From an uncultured Candidatus Saccharibacteria bacterium (lineage in GTDB: Bacteria; Patescibacteriota; Minisyncoccia; Phycocordibacterales; SBAW01): DNA of 64,000 nt. Numbering within the stretch: the first letter of the stretch is position 1; each line of letters starts with the position of its first letter. Of the stretch, positions 46,409 to 55,673 are shown in pieces. The DNA lies in NCBI GenBank assembly GCA_964615415.1, contig CAZTNI010000002.1:104687-168686 (forward strand). Reading direction: 5' to 3'. The notes under the pieces were generated by a model. That model was not told the origin of the DNA, ran no database searches, and worked only from the letters and a program-made list of their open reading frames with translations. Made by a program: the position numbers and the translations under genes.

Positions 46409-47482
46409 ATGTGGATTCTCGCGCTTATTGCGCTCGGTTTCTTTGCCTACATGGCGTATGACTTTCTGAGAGTAAACAGTCTTGATACTGCAGTGGCAGA
46501 TGCATTTTTTGCAGCCTCTTCTGAGACACAAGCAGTGCTTGGTATAACTCTCTGCCTGGTTATTGGGTTTATTATCCTGCAAGGAACGACATACCGAGCT
46601 GCCAAAAAAGATCGTGAAATAGCGCAGAAGGAGGCAGGTAGTCTTGCGGACGACTTGCTCGAACTTCGTGCCAAGCGAACGGAGCCTTATGACGATCCTA
46701 TCGCAGAGCTTGCCAGAATGATGGGTCGTCCTATACCAACTTCTCGTGTCTTCGATCAAGGCGAAGAGTCGGAAGATGTGCTCAAGACACTCGGTACGAG
46801 TATCGAAGAGTTGGAGACACAGTTGGGTACGGTGCGTCGCGAGTTCGGCGACGATGATCGGGTGCAGGAACTCTCCGAGCGTCTTGGACGCCTGCGGACT
46901 TTGCATAGCGAAGCGATGCGGCGATTCGAGTCGATCGAGAGCCTCCAAGAAGAGACGGATCGTCTTCAGCAGCGTCTTACGTCAGCTTTTGAAAAGGTCG
47001 ACATCGACGACCTTGAAGCGAAAGTCGACGAGATTGCCGACTTTGTTCGCGAAAAGCGCGATGTTGTAGAACGAGCAGCTACGCTCGCGCAGTCGCTTCC
47101 GGCGCATACTACTCGTCTGAAGAATTTGGACGAGCAGTCTCGCAAGATGATCGATGGAGAGTCGGGCATCATGGCGCAGGTTCGCGCTGCGGAGCGGACC
47201 ACTGCCGTGGTGAAGGGCCGCATCGAACAGCTGGCGGGTCGGCAAGGGGATCAGCAGCGAGGTGTCGCCGCTATTCCACCGATTGGCCAGCGGATCAGCA
47301 CCCTCGCTCAAGAGGTTGCGACTATCGAACGCGACATGGACAAACTGGATACTGATACCGGGATCCAGCGAGTCAATAGCCTCGGTACTCGCCTAGAAGC
47401 GCTGCGTGTGCAGCTGACCGGTCACAATTCGCCGCCGGTCCAGAGGCAGCAGCTCGCGGTTGTCCCCGCCGCTGCAGAGTGA
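46409..47482 (+). CDS. membrane-anchored long coiled-coil protein
   Basis: Start at MWILALIALGFFAY (2 TM helices) then ~300 aa of heptad-rich coiled coil; GC-rich. Confidence 0.5.
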   Translation: MWILALIALGFFAYMAYDFLRVNSLDTAVADAFFAASSETQAVLGITLCLVIGFIILQGTTYRAAKKDREIAQKEAGSLADDLLELRAKRTEPYDDPIAELARMMGRPIPTSRVFDQGEESEDVLKTLGTSIEELETQLGTVRREFGDDDRVQELSERLGRLRTLHSEAMRRFESIESLQEETDRLQQRLTSAFEKVDIDDLEAKVDEIADFVREKRDVVERAATLAQSLPAHTTRLKNLDEQSRKMIDGESGIMAQVRAAERTTAVVKGRIEQLAGRQGDQQRGVAAIPPIGQRISTLAQEVATIERDMDKLDTDTGIQRVNSLGTRLEALRVQLTGHNSPPVQRQQLAVVPAAAE

Positions 47483-47503
47483 GTTCTTTTTGTGCAGTAA
47501 TCA

Positions 47504-47536
47504 AGCGCGGCCAGTAGGCCGCGCTTTTTCTTTTTG
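47504..47536 (+). terminator. intrinsic terminator after the coiled-coil gene
   Basis: AAGCGCGGCC-AGTA-GGCCGCGCTT + TTTCTTTTT. Confidence 0.75.
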
Positions 47537-47539
47537 ATA

Positions 47540-47574
47540 CATATTTGACGATACGCACTTTTAGTGTTAAAAAT
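47540..47574 (+). promoter_or_regulatory. sigma70-like promoter CATATTTGACG-N16-(TG)TTAAAAAT
   Basis: Near-identical architecture to the 46306 promoter; 45 bp upstream of the E2-like gene. Confidence 0.45.
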
Positions 47575-47618
47575 TTGTCAGACGGACATCGTCAATATGT
47601 CAACAAAGGAGTCTTCTG

Positions 47619-49016
47619 ATGAAAGAAGAAATTCTTTATTTTCTGCCGAAGACGCTCGAAAGCGCTTTTGCGTGTCTTGATGCCGAAGGGCTTACAGCTG
47701 TGGAGCGAATAGTCGAGATCGAAGGATTCAAATTCCCCGGTCTCGTCATCTCTGGGCCAGAGGAAAAGCTTGAGCATTTTGCTCGGACGGCACGCGTACC
47801 CGAAGGTGGGCCGCGTGCGAGATTGCTTACTAATTTGGAAAAGATCTACGGCTCGCGCCTTGTGTTCGATGAAAAAATCGAACTCTGTGGCGAAACTGTT
47901 GTGGACGACAAAATGTGTCACGTGCTCGGGCTCGAGGGTGTTGTTGCAAACCTGCCGGAATATGGGTGGGGCTTAGATAAACATACCGAGCTTCTGGACG
48001 AGATCAATAGTACGCTCGCCGATATTTCTGCTTGGGCGGGGAAACCTGTTCTTCTTGCGGCGCCTTCGGAAGTCGTGGTGGGTCTCCCGCTTATTCCAGA
48101 GACGCAGATCTGCGTCATTCTCGATAGTTCTCCGGCGGGACACTACTCTGAAATGAGGAGTAAAAAACTGTGCGGCGTTTCCTTCAGCGAAATCGATGAA
48201 GGTATACGCCACTCAGGACCGACCGCAGGGAGAGGGTATGTAGTGCGCGACGAAGATGGTACTGCAGTTGCACAAATTATCCGGAACTGTTTCTACCTCT
48301 TCTTGCCATATGATGTGCTCCATAAGCGCATGGTACTGACTCAGGGTGGAAACGGCCTCGGCCTCTTTCGTAAGACGCTCATGCGAGCATGGAATGCGCA
48401 GTTTGAAGCGCGTGATCCTCAGATAGAAGTGTTCGAAAGTGCTGAGGCATACGTTGCCTTTGGACGAGAGACGGTTCAGGAAGCGCCGAGGATCCTTCGT
48501 GCACTTGTGGACGCACACGACAAAAAAATCGCTGAGGCAGAAGAAAAACTGCGGAATGCGATATCTGAAAAACGTCGTATGCTCCGCCTGATCGAGCACT
48601 TAGAGCGCGAGGCGAGTGAACTGACGCCTGAAAAGTTGAAACAGAGTTGGAACAAGCTTACTCAGTTGCCACAGGTGCGCTCTATAGCTTCGGTAGATAA
48701 CGCACTCCAGGTCGAGACTAACCTGCTTGTGAATACGCAGTACGGTCGTCGGCCGCTCGGGCGCTACATCCTACGTCTTGCAGAGCAGCAGATCTTTGTG
48801 TGGTGTATCGAGTCGTGCCATCCGGCCGGCTTGTCGCATCCGCACATTGGCGTTAAACATGGTAACCCGTGTTTCGGCAACGTTTCTATCGCGATTCAAA
48901 AAGCAGCAAGCGAGTCTCGAGCGTATGCTATCGAGTTAGCTATCCGCTGGCTCGAAAGTGGATACGACCACGACCTCGCAGATATAAAGATCACTGAGTG
49001 GCCGGAGGCAGCGTAA
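47619..49016 (+). CDS. multidomain protein with C-terminal E2 (UBC-like) ubiquitin-conjugating-like domain
   Basis: C-terminal IFVWCIESCHPAGLSHPHIGVKHGNPCFGNVSIAIQ parallels the UBC HPN-x(5-8)-G-x-(I/P)C(L/F) catalytic motif; AAAGGAG RBS; stop overlaps the E1 start (TAAATG). Confidence 0.5.
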   Translation: MKEEILYFLPKTLESAFACLDAEGLTAVERIVEIEGFKFPGLVISGPEEKLEHFARTARVPEGGPRARLLTNLEKIYGSRLVFDEKIELCGETVVDDKMCHVLGLEGVVANLPEYGWGLDKHTELLDEINSTLADISAWAGKPVLLAAPSEVVVGLPLIPETQICVILDSSPAGHYSEMRSKKLCGVSFSEIDEGIRHSGPTAGRGYVVRDEDGTAVAQIIRNCFYLFLPYDVLHKRMVLTQGGNGLGLFRKTLMRAWNAQFEARDPQIEVFESAEAYVAFGRETVQEAPRILRALVDAHDKKIAEAEEKLRNAISEKRRMLRLIEHLEREASELTPEKLKQSWNKLTQLPQVRSIASVDNALQVETNLLVNTQYGRRPLGRYILRLAEQQIFVWCIESCHPAGLSHPHIGVKHGNPCFGNVSIAIQKAASESRAYAIELAIRWLESGYDHDLADIKITEWPEAA

Positions 49017-49658
49017 ATGGTAGAACGTAACTACTCGCACCAAGACGATTTCTTTAACCCTGCGAACGCTCGGTCGGTAACGCTAATCGGCTGCGGATCG
49101 GTCGGGAGTATGGTAGCGTACACTCTGGACAAGATGGGTGTGCCCACGCTTGAGATATGGGACGGCGACAAAGTGGATTCCCACAACTGCCCCATGTCGT
49201 TCTATGACGAACCTGACATCGGCCGCTTCAAGGTCGATGTGCTGGCAGAGCGGCTTCGTAACGCGCAGGTGGTCCCTCATCGGGCCATGTATGCCGGCGA
49301 AGCGCTTACGAGTAGTGTCGTTATCGCTTGTGTCGACACCATGGTTGCGCGCAAACTCATATGGGAGCGCGTAAAAATGGTGCCGAGCGTCGCTTTGTTT
49401 TGCGACACGCGTACGGCAGAGCTCTATGTCGAAGTCCTTACTGTCTCGCCCTGCGAGCATGAAGACATCGGCAACTACGAGCAGCTGCTCTACGGCGACG
49501 AAAAGGCGGTGCGTCAGTCGTGTGGCCGGCATGGGCTCATGACCGTTTCCATGCGGGCAGCGCAAGTGGTTGCTTCCAACCTTGCTGCGTTTTGGCAAGA
49601 TGGGAGAAAGACGTGGCGCGTTGGTGAGCGGACAGACATCCACCACCGCGCGTTCTGA
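49017..49658 (+). CDS. minimal E1-like ThiF/MoeB-family adenylyltransferase
   Basis: VTLIGCGSVGSMVAYTLDKMGVPTLEIWDGDKVDSHN (GxGxxG Rossmann plus acidic loop) and VIACVDTMVARK match the E1 adenylation fold; 213 aa; translationally coupled to the E2-like gene. Confidence 0.65.
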   Translation: MVERNYSHQDDFFNPANARSVTLIGCGSVGSMVAYTLDKMGVPTLEIWDGDKVDSHNCPMSFYDEPDIGRFKVDVLAERLRNAQVVPHRAMYAGEALTSSVVIACVDTMVARKLIWERVKMVPSVALFCDTRTAELYVEVLTVSPCEHEDIGNYEQLLYGDEKAVRQSCGRHGLMTVSMRAAQVVASNLAAFWQDGRKTWRVGERTDIHHRAF

Positions 49659-49688
49659 AGTACAACTCACAACCAGAGAGGAACAAGC

Positions 49689-49937
49689 ATGTTCGGAAAA
49701 GACAAAAAGGGAACGATCAACATCAAGCTGATCGTCGTCACTGCGGCGGGTACACCGGTTGGCGACCGCGAGGTGCCGGTCGAGGAAAGCGCGACCATCG
49801 CGCAGATCCTCGAAACCCAGGGGATCAGCACTGAGGGGATGGAAATTTCCGTCAACGGCAAGCCGACCAGCAACCTCAGTCAGAAGGTGCGAAGCGGCAT
49901 GCAGATCTCGGTCACCGAGCGCCCCAAGGGCTCGTAG
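49689..49937 (+). CDS. ThiS/MoaD-like beta-grasp (ubiquitin-like) small protein, C-terminus -RPKGS
   Basis: 82 aa; ...ISVNGKPTSNLSQKVRSGMQISVTERPKGS resembles the MoaD/ThiS C-terminal strand; immediately downstream of the E1; terminator at 49955-49988. Confidence 0.45.
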   Translation: MFGKDKKGTINIKLIVVTAAGTPVGDREVPVEESATIAQILETQGISTEGMEISVNGKPTSNLSQKVRSGMQISVTERPKGS

Positions 49938-49954
49938 TTCTTTTGTGCGACAGC

Positions 49955-49988
49955 AAGTGCGACCTACGGGTCGCACTTTTTCTTTTGT
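49955..49988 (+). terminator. intrinsic terminator after the Ubl-like gene
   Basis: AAGTGCGACC-TACG-GGTCGCACTT + TTTCTTTTG. Confidence 0.75.
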
Positions 49989-50065
49989 ATTTTTATGAAG
50001 AACTACGTATAGTAGGAGTGGAATTGGTACTGCTTTTTTGACTCACACACACGAGAGAGGAAAGC

Positions 50066-50458
50066 ATGAAAAAGATCGTCGTAATCGCCCTGGGGGCACT
50101 ACTCTGTGCGGGTGTCGTTGCCTATGCGCAAAATATAAATGCGTGGCGCGGACAACTGGAAGAAGTGGTGTTTATGGGAGATCAGCAGATTCAGCTTCGT
50201 TTTTTTGAAACACCTGAAGGTACCGGCGGTGCGATCGCGCTCGGGCGCGACGAAACTAACGTCTGCAGAACGCGTAATTCGTTTGATGATTTTGTATACG
50301 CACTCAACGCAGACGCAGATCGACAGATATGGGGAGTTACAAGTCGTTGCAGCGTCGAAAACTATGTTGCTGTATGTCTCGACCTCTCTGGTCGGGGACG
50401 CAGCGAGATGTGTACCTCCTTCACGCTGCTGCTTTGGGATATTGAGTGGATCGAATAA
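50066..50458 (+). CDS. small secreted hypothetical protein
   Basis: Signal peptide MKKIVVIALGALLCAGVVAYA; 4 Cys; bidirectional terminator at 50462-50496. Confidence 0.4.
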   Translation: MKKIVVIALGALLCAGVVAYAQNINAWRGQLEEVVFMGDQQIQLRFFETPEGTGGAIALGRDETNVCRTRNSFDDFVYALNADADRQIWGVTSRCSVENYVAVCLDLSGRGRSEMCTSFTLLLWDIEWIE

Positions 50459-50522
50459 GTAAAAGCCGCACCTTTTGGGTGCGGCTTTAGTTTTTGTGGG
50501 AACTTTCGACTTGAGGCAGCTG

Positions 50523-51170
50523 CTACCAGCTGTTCGATTCGTCATTCCACATCTCGGGGGTGAGCCCGGCGCGCGGAGGAACGATGTGCCCCTTCAGGAT
50601 CTGGCACATCCGCCGGACGTTGCGTCCGACCAGGACTCGGTCGGTCGTCTGCCAGTCGCCTTCGGATGAACCCCCCGCCATGTTCTTGTTGTAGAAGTAC
50701 GAGCAGAACGGCGGGATGTGCAGGCCCATGTGGTTGGCCGGACTGAACATCTTTTCATTCGCCGACTGGCCGCCATCTTCTTCGCATGCACTCATGAACG
50801 CGCCGACCTTGCCCGCGAGGCAATAGTCCGGGGCGTCTGTCGTGACTTGGAGCCAGCTCAGAAGAGCGAGCATCCGCGACGATGCGGTAAAGTTCCGCAC
50901 CGGTGTCGCGAAGATGATTCCGTCGGCCGCGAGAATCGCACGTACGATGTCCGGGAGGCGGCCCTCGTCGGGCAGCATCGCGATCCGCGTCTCGAGGTCG
51001 TAGACCTCTTCGTGCCGACGGCCATCGTCGTGCGGGATCTGGCCGAGGTGAATCATATTCACCTCGGTATCGACCAGCTCACCAGCTGCCCTGAGGGCAG
51101 TGACAAGCATGTTGGCGACGTTGCCGTTTTGGAACGGCGAGGCGTTGATGCCAACGATCTTGATAGTCAT
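50523..51170 (-). CDS. NADPH-dependent FMN reductase / flavodoxin-like fold protein
   Basis: MTIKIVGINASPFQNGNVANML... is typical of the FMN_red N-terminus. Confidence 0.55.
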   Translation of the reverse strand: MTIKIVGINASPFQNGNVANMLVTALRAAGELVDTEVNMIHLGQIPHDDGRRHEEVYDLETRIAMLPDEGRLPDIVRAILAADGIIFATPVRNFTASSRMLALLSWLQVTTDAPDYCLAGKVGAFMSACEEDGGQSANEKMFSPANHMGLHIPPFCSYFYNKNMAGGSSEGDWQTTDRVLVGRNVRRMCQILKGHIVPPRAGLTPEMWNDESNSW

Positions 51171-51293
51171 GTATGTTCTCCGTCGAGTTGATCTAGGGGT
51201 TGAGCCAAAGAGGGCTTCTACCTTTAATCATAGCATATTTCAACACAAAAGTCAAGAATAGCCGAGAAGTGTTTATGTATAGCCTGCGCCGAG

Positions 51294-51326
51294 AACATTG
51301 ACGAATATTAAAAATTACTGTATTTT
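51294..51326 (+). promoter_or_regulatory. sigma70-like promoter ACATTGACG-N17-(TG)TATTTT
   Basis: Shares the ACAT(AT)TTGAC(C/G) upstream block with the 46306 and 47540 promoters. Confidence 0.4.
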
Positions 51327-51371
51327 GCGAGCGGAAATTGTTCACTGTCACTCACGGAAAGGAGTCGTCCC

Positions 51372-52667
51372 ATGCTTGTTACAGATGCAGCGCGCGAACT
51401 GATGGATCTTCCCAACACAAGCCTGCGGTTTGTCTTCGACGAAAAGCAACAGCAAACAAGTGCTCAAGTGCTTTTGCAGTGGTGTATCGACCCACAACTT
51501 GTCGCATTTTTGCGCGAGAACACAATCAAAGACCCATTCCTCTTTATTTGCGTTACCAGCCCGTCAGGGCGAGAGGAGCGGCGGATTGTGTCGCTGTGGA
51601 GCATGCAGGAACTCATTCAGTTCCACAGGCCAGGCATGCACACTGTCTATGGTCGCGTGTTGTGGGGACACGAGTCGCTCGCCGCTATGCGCAAGAAGTA
51701 TCTCAAGATGTGGAATCGCTTCGAGTATGAGAATGAAATCGCCCTAGTTCAGAAGCGTCAAAGTTCGCTCGGTCATGCCGAACTAAAGCTTGAAGTCCCG
51801 AAGGACTTCTTTGCGAAAGAACTTTCGGCATGGGAAAAGTGGTGGCTCACGCTGTGGCTGGGGGAATTGTGGGATGAATGCAACATTCGGCGTCGCCGTG
51901 CGTTTGCATATTTCATCCAAGGTCCACTCGTACTGGTGTGGCTCCTCATCTCCTTCTTGGTCCGGTTTGCTATAGCGGGGACCCTTAGTGGGTTACTCTT
52001 GGAGCGCAAGATCAACTGGAGAGCTGTCGTGCACCCGTTCGAATATGATGTCGAAGATGTGTGGGGCAAATGGGACGGTAGTCGATCTTTTTGGCATAAA
52101 GCGTTCGGCTCCCGTATTCTGTACAACGCCGAGGGTAGGAGGCGGCCTCCAGTTATGCATCTGCTATGGTTTGTCTTCCCGTTCTTCCATGCGACACTCT
52201 TTGTTTCTGTCACCGCCGTTGCTCTTACAGTAGATGCGCCGCTTCTTGAGATGGTGAAGTGGCACTTCTTGATCTTTGGCGGAATCTTAGTACTTGCGGC
52301 ACTCTTCGCAGCTATCACGACAATCGTCGCGTCGATCGGTATTTTCTGGGAGAGTGTAAAGAGAGAAAAAACCGCAGGGAAAACGTCGGAAGGTCAGCAG
52401 GCTGTAGGCATCCTCCCGTCTTGGCTGACAAAAGCGGGGAGTTGGTTCTATCGTATGCTCAACACTCCTGTTGATCGTCTCGGAAACTATGTCGCACGTC
52501 GAGCGGACGAACGTACCGAGCGGCTCTACCAGAGTTTGCAGTGCGACACAGTCCCCGAGTCAGGTCTACGACCCATACGGGCTCTGCCTGTTCCGGTGAC
52601 ACAGCGTGCACGTCTGCTGTACCAGCAGGCCAAGAGCAAGGTCTGCAAACCTATGGCTCGCGGATAG
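51372..52667 (+). CDS. hypothetical membrane protein (N-terminal soluble domain + multiple TM)
   Basis: 431 aa; AAAGGAG RBS; TM-rich middle and C-terminal region; terminator at 52695-52723. Confidence 0.45.
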   Translation: MLVTDAARELMDLPNTSLRFVFDEKQQQTSAQVLLQWCIDPQLVAFLRENTIKDPFLFICVTSPSGREERRIVSLWSMQELIQFHRPGMHTVYGRVLWGHESLAAMRKKYLKMWNRFEYENEIALVQKRQSSLGHAELKLEVPKDFFAKELSAWEKWWLTLWLGELWDECNIRRRRAFAYFIQGPLVLVWLLISFLVRFAIAGTLSGLLLERKINWRAVVHPFEYDVEDVWGKWDGSRSFWHKAFGSRILYNAEGRRRPPVMHLLWFVFPFFHATLFVSVTAVALTVDAPLLEMVKWHFLIFGGILVLAALFAAITTIVASIGIFWESVKREKTAGKTSEGQQAVGILPSWLTKAGSWFYRMLNTPVDRLGNYVARRADERTERLYQSLQCDTVPESGLRPIRALPVPVTQRARLLYQQAKSKVCKPMARG

Positions 52668-52694
52668 TCAGAGATGGTATGTTCAACAACAAGC

Positions 52695-52723
52695 GATGCG
52701 GCCCACGGGCCGCATCTTTTTAT
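52695..52723 (+). terminator. intrinsic terminator
   Basis: GATGCGGCC-CAC-GGCCGCATC + TTTTTATT. Confidence 0.7.
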
Positions 52724-52761
52724 TAGGTTGCACGTTATTTTTTAATGTACAATACAGACAT

Positions 52762-53058
52762 ATGATCTACGGGGCAGTACTTGCACTCCATATTGTTGCT
52801 GCGTGTGTAACTTTTGCAGTTATTGCGGGTGTAGGCATTGCGCTTTTGAAGCAAATGCATCGTTTCTATAAACCACTGGGTCTTTCGCTCGCTCTCGTTG
52901 CGCTTGTACAAATTGCAAGCGGCGTCATGATGATCGTACTTAATCCGGAACTCTCTGTACTAAAAGTTGGTCTGCACTTACTTGTGTACCTTGGCGTGTG
53001 TGTGATGGTTGAGGGTGCGCTCTACCTTAAGGCGCGCTCAGTTGCATGGACTTCTTAA
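52762..53058 (+). CDS. small membrane protein upstream of cyoA
   Basis: ~99 aa, 3 TM helices; start MIYGAVLALH follows the terminator; overlaps the cyoA start. Confidence 0.4.
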   Translation: MIYGAVLALHIVAACVTFAVIAGVGIALLKQMHRFYKPLGLSLALVALVQIASGVMMIVLNPELSVLKVGLHLLVYLGVCVMVEGALYLKARSVAWTS

Positions 53059-53861
53059 ATTTTTTTGACGTCTTAAACCCTGCGGGAACTATCGCCCTTG
53101 CGGAGCGCGGACTTATGATCCACGCAGCACTGTTCATGACTATAGTCACCATTGCGGTCTTTGGTCTGACTTTTTTCTTTGCGTGGTATTACCGCGCAGG
53201 GAACACGAAGGCGAAATATACTCCCGACTGGCAGCACTCGCGGATGGAGGAACTTGTCTGGTGGGCGATCCCACTCGAAATTATTCTTGTACTTGGAGCA
53301 TTAACGTGGACGAGTACACACAACCTCGACCCGCGTAAACCACTTTCAGCAGAACCGCCGCTTGTGGTGCAAGTGGTGGCGCTGGATTGGAAGTGGCTGT
53401 TTGTGTATCCGGAAGAACATATTGCGACGGTTAATTATGTGCGCATCCCGGTTAATAAACCGGTGCGATTTGAAATTACTGCCGACGCGCCGATGAACTC
53501 GTTTTGGATCCCGCGCTTGGGCGGACAAATTTACGCGATGACGGGCATGGTGAATCATTTGAACTTAGATGCAACCGAAGAGGGAACGTTTAAGGGATTG
53601 TCTGCGAACTATAGCGGTGAAGGGTTTGCAGATATGAAATTTACAGTCGAAGCGACCTCGCAGGAGGAGTTTGATGCATGGGTAGCACAGACAAAAATGC
53701 AGCACGCAGTACTAACAACCGACTCCTACGCTGCGCTTGCGGCACCGAGTGTGGTCGAAGAGCCTGTGTATTACGGAATAGTCGAATATAATTTATTCGA
53801 CCAGATCGTAGGAAAATTCATGGGGCACGCACATGAAGTGAATGAACACGCACATCAGTAA
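53046..53861 (+). CDS. cyoA: quinol oxidase subunit II (CyoA/QoxA-like, no CuA ligands)
   Basis: 2 TM helices plus cupredoxin-like domain NSFWIPRLGGQIYAMTGMVNHLNL without the CuA Cys/His set. Confidence 0.8.
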   Translation: MDFLNFFDVLNPAGTIALAERGLMIHAALFMTIVTIAVFGLTFFFAWYYRAGNTKAKYTPDWQHSRMEELVWWAIPLEIILVLGALTWTSTHNLDPRKPLSAEPPLVVQVVALDWKWLFVYPEEHIATVNYVRIPVNKPVRFEITADAPMNSFWIPRLGGQIYAMTGMVNHLNLDATEEGTFKGLSANYSGEGFADMKFTVEATSQEEFDAWVAQTKMQHAVLTTDSYAALAAPSVVEEPVYYGIVEYNLFDQIVGKFMGHAHEVNEHAHQ

Positions 53862-53864
53862 TAT

Positions 53865-55673
53865 ATGTTTGGAAACCTTACCTTAGACGCTTTCATACAT
53901 GGTCCGATAGAAACCGGCGCGCAGCTCATGGTTGTACTTGGCGGTGTGGCTATCGCCCTTTTGCTCACCGTCTTTAAACGGTGGGGATGGTTCTATAAAG
54001 AGTGGCTCACGACCGTCGACCATAAAAAGATCGGCATCATGTACATCATCCTCGCGGTGATCATGCTCTTCCGTGGTGCGATGGATGCGTTTATGATGCG
54101 TGCACAACAAGCGATAGCGGTGGGTGACAGCGTGGGCTACCTCGACCCAAACCACTTTTCGCAAATCTTTACGGCGCATGGGATCATTATGATCTTTTTT
54201 GTCGCTATGCCCTTGATGTTCGGGCTCATCAACTACATGGTCCCGCTCCAAATTGGTGCGAAGGATGTCGCGTTCCCGTTCCTGAACTCTGTCTCGTTTT
54301 GGCTTACTGCTGCAGGGGCGATGCTACTTAATGCGTCGTTAGTGATAGGTGAATTCGCGGCAACGGGGTGGCTCGCATATCCGCCGCTCTCCGGTATTGA
54401 GTACAGTCCTGGTGTTGGAGTCGACTACTACATTTGGGCGCTCCAGATAGCAGGTGTCGGTACACTCCTTTCGGCAATCAACTTTATTGCGACGATTCTG
54501 AAGATGCGGAAGGCAGACATGAAGTTGATGCAGATGCCTATCTTCCCGTGGACCGTGTTCGGCTCGATGCTGCTCGTCTTGTTTGCATTCCCGATCCTTA
54601 CCGCAACGCTCGCACTCTTGTCTTTGGACCGTATCTTCGGCATGCACTTCTTTACCACCGACCTTGGCGGGAATGCCATGATGTACATCAACCTGATTTG
54701 GGCATGGGGTCACCCGGAGGTGTACATTCTTATCCTCCCCGCGTTCGGTATCTTTTCAGAAATTGTGCCAACGTTCGCGCAGAAAAAACTCTTCGGCTAC
54801 ACCTCTATGGTTGTTGCAACGATGATGATCGTCTTTTTGTCGTTCATTGTGTGGGTGCACCACTTCTTTACGATGGGTGCTGGCGCAAATGTGAACGCAT
54901 TCTTCGGCATCATGACCATGGCTATTGCTGTACCAACCGGCGTAAAAGTATTTAACTGGCTCTTTACGATGTTCCGTGGTCGCATCATCTACAAAACCCC
55001 GATGCTGTGGTTTATGGGATTCCTCGTCACCTTTGTAATCGGCGGCATGACGGGTGTCTTGATGTCGATCCCTGCGGCGGACTTCCAGCTCCACAACAGT
55101 TTGTTCCTTGTGGCGCACTTCCACAACATGATCATCGGCGGCGTATTGTTTGGCATGTTTGCGGGGCTCTCGTATTGGTTCCCAAAAATATTTGGATTCA
55201 TGTTGAACGAGCGCTTGGGCAAGTGGGCATTTTGGTCATGGATCATCGGTTTTTTGGTCGCGTTTTTGCCAATTTATGCTGCAGGGTTGATGGGTATGAC
55301 GCGCCGCTTAAGCCAAGTGGAGCCGCAGTTCCAGCCACTCCTTATTGTTGCTGCAATTGGTGCGTGTATCATTGCGCTCGGTATTTTCTTCCAAGTGCTG
55401 CAAATTGTGGTCAGTATTGTGCAGCGCAAACAGCATCCTGCAGGAAATAATCCATGGAACGGAACGAATTTGGAGTGGACACTGCCGTCGCCGCCGCACT
55501 ACGAGCCGTACGACCCGAAGCACAACACGCTGCTTGGTGTGATGATAGCGGGGCTTAGCTTCTTTCTGGGGTTTGGGATCATCTGGCACATATGGTGGCT
55601 CGCAGCCGTCGCAGCTGTGGCGATAGTTGGCGGACTTATCCTGCGTACATTTAGATATGAAGGAGCACACTAA
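53865..55673 (+). CDS. cyoB: heme-copper quinol oxidase subunit I
   Basis: [23 protein letters not shown] and His-ligand pattern; 602 aa. Confidence 0.95.
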   Translation: MFGNLTLDAFIHGPIETGAQLMVVLGGVAIALLLTVFKRWGWFYKEWLTTVDHKKIGIMYIILAVIMLFRGAMDAFMMRAQQAIAVGDSVGYLDPNHFSQIFTAHGIIMIFFVAMPLMFGLINYMVPLQIGAKDVAFPFLNSVSFWLTAAGAMLLNASLVIGEFAATGWLAYPPLSGIEYSPGVGVDYYIWALQIAGVGTLLSAINFIATILKMRKADMKLMQMPIFPWTVFGSMLLVLFAFPILTATLALLSLDRIFGMHFFTTDLGGNAMMYINLIWAWGHPEVYILILPAFGIFSEIVPTFAQKKLFGYTSMVVATMMIVFLSFIVWVHHFFTMGAGANVNAFFGIMTMAIAVPTGVKVFNWLFTMFRGRIIYKTPMLWFMGFLVTFVIGGMTGVLMSIPAADFQLHNSLFLVAHFHNMIIGGVLFGMFAGLSYWFPKIFGFMLNERLGKWAFWSWIIGFLVAFLPIYAAGLMGMTRRLSQVEPQFQPLLIVAAIGACIIALGIFFQVLQIVVSIVQRKQHPAGNNPWNGTNLEWTLPSPPHYEPYDPKHNTLLGVMIAGLSFFLGFGIIWHIWWLAAVAAVAIVGGLILRTFRYEGAH

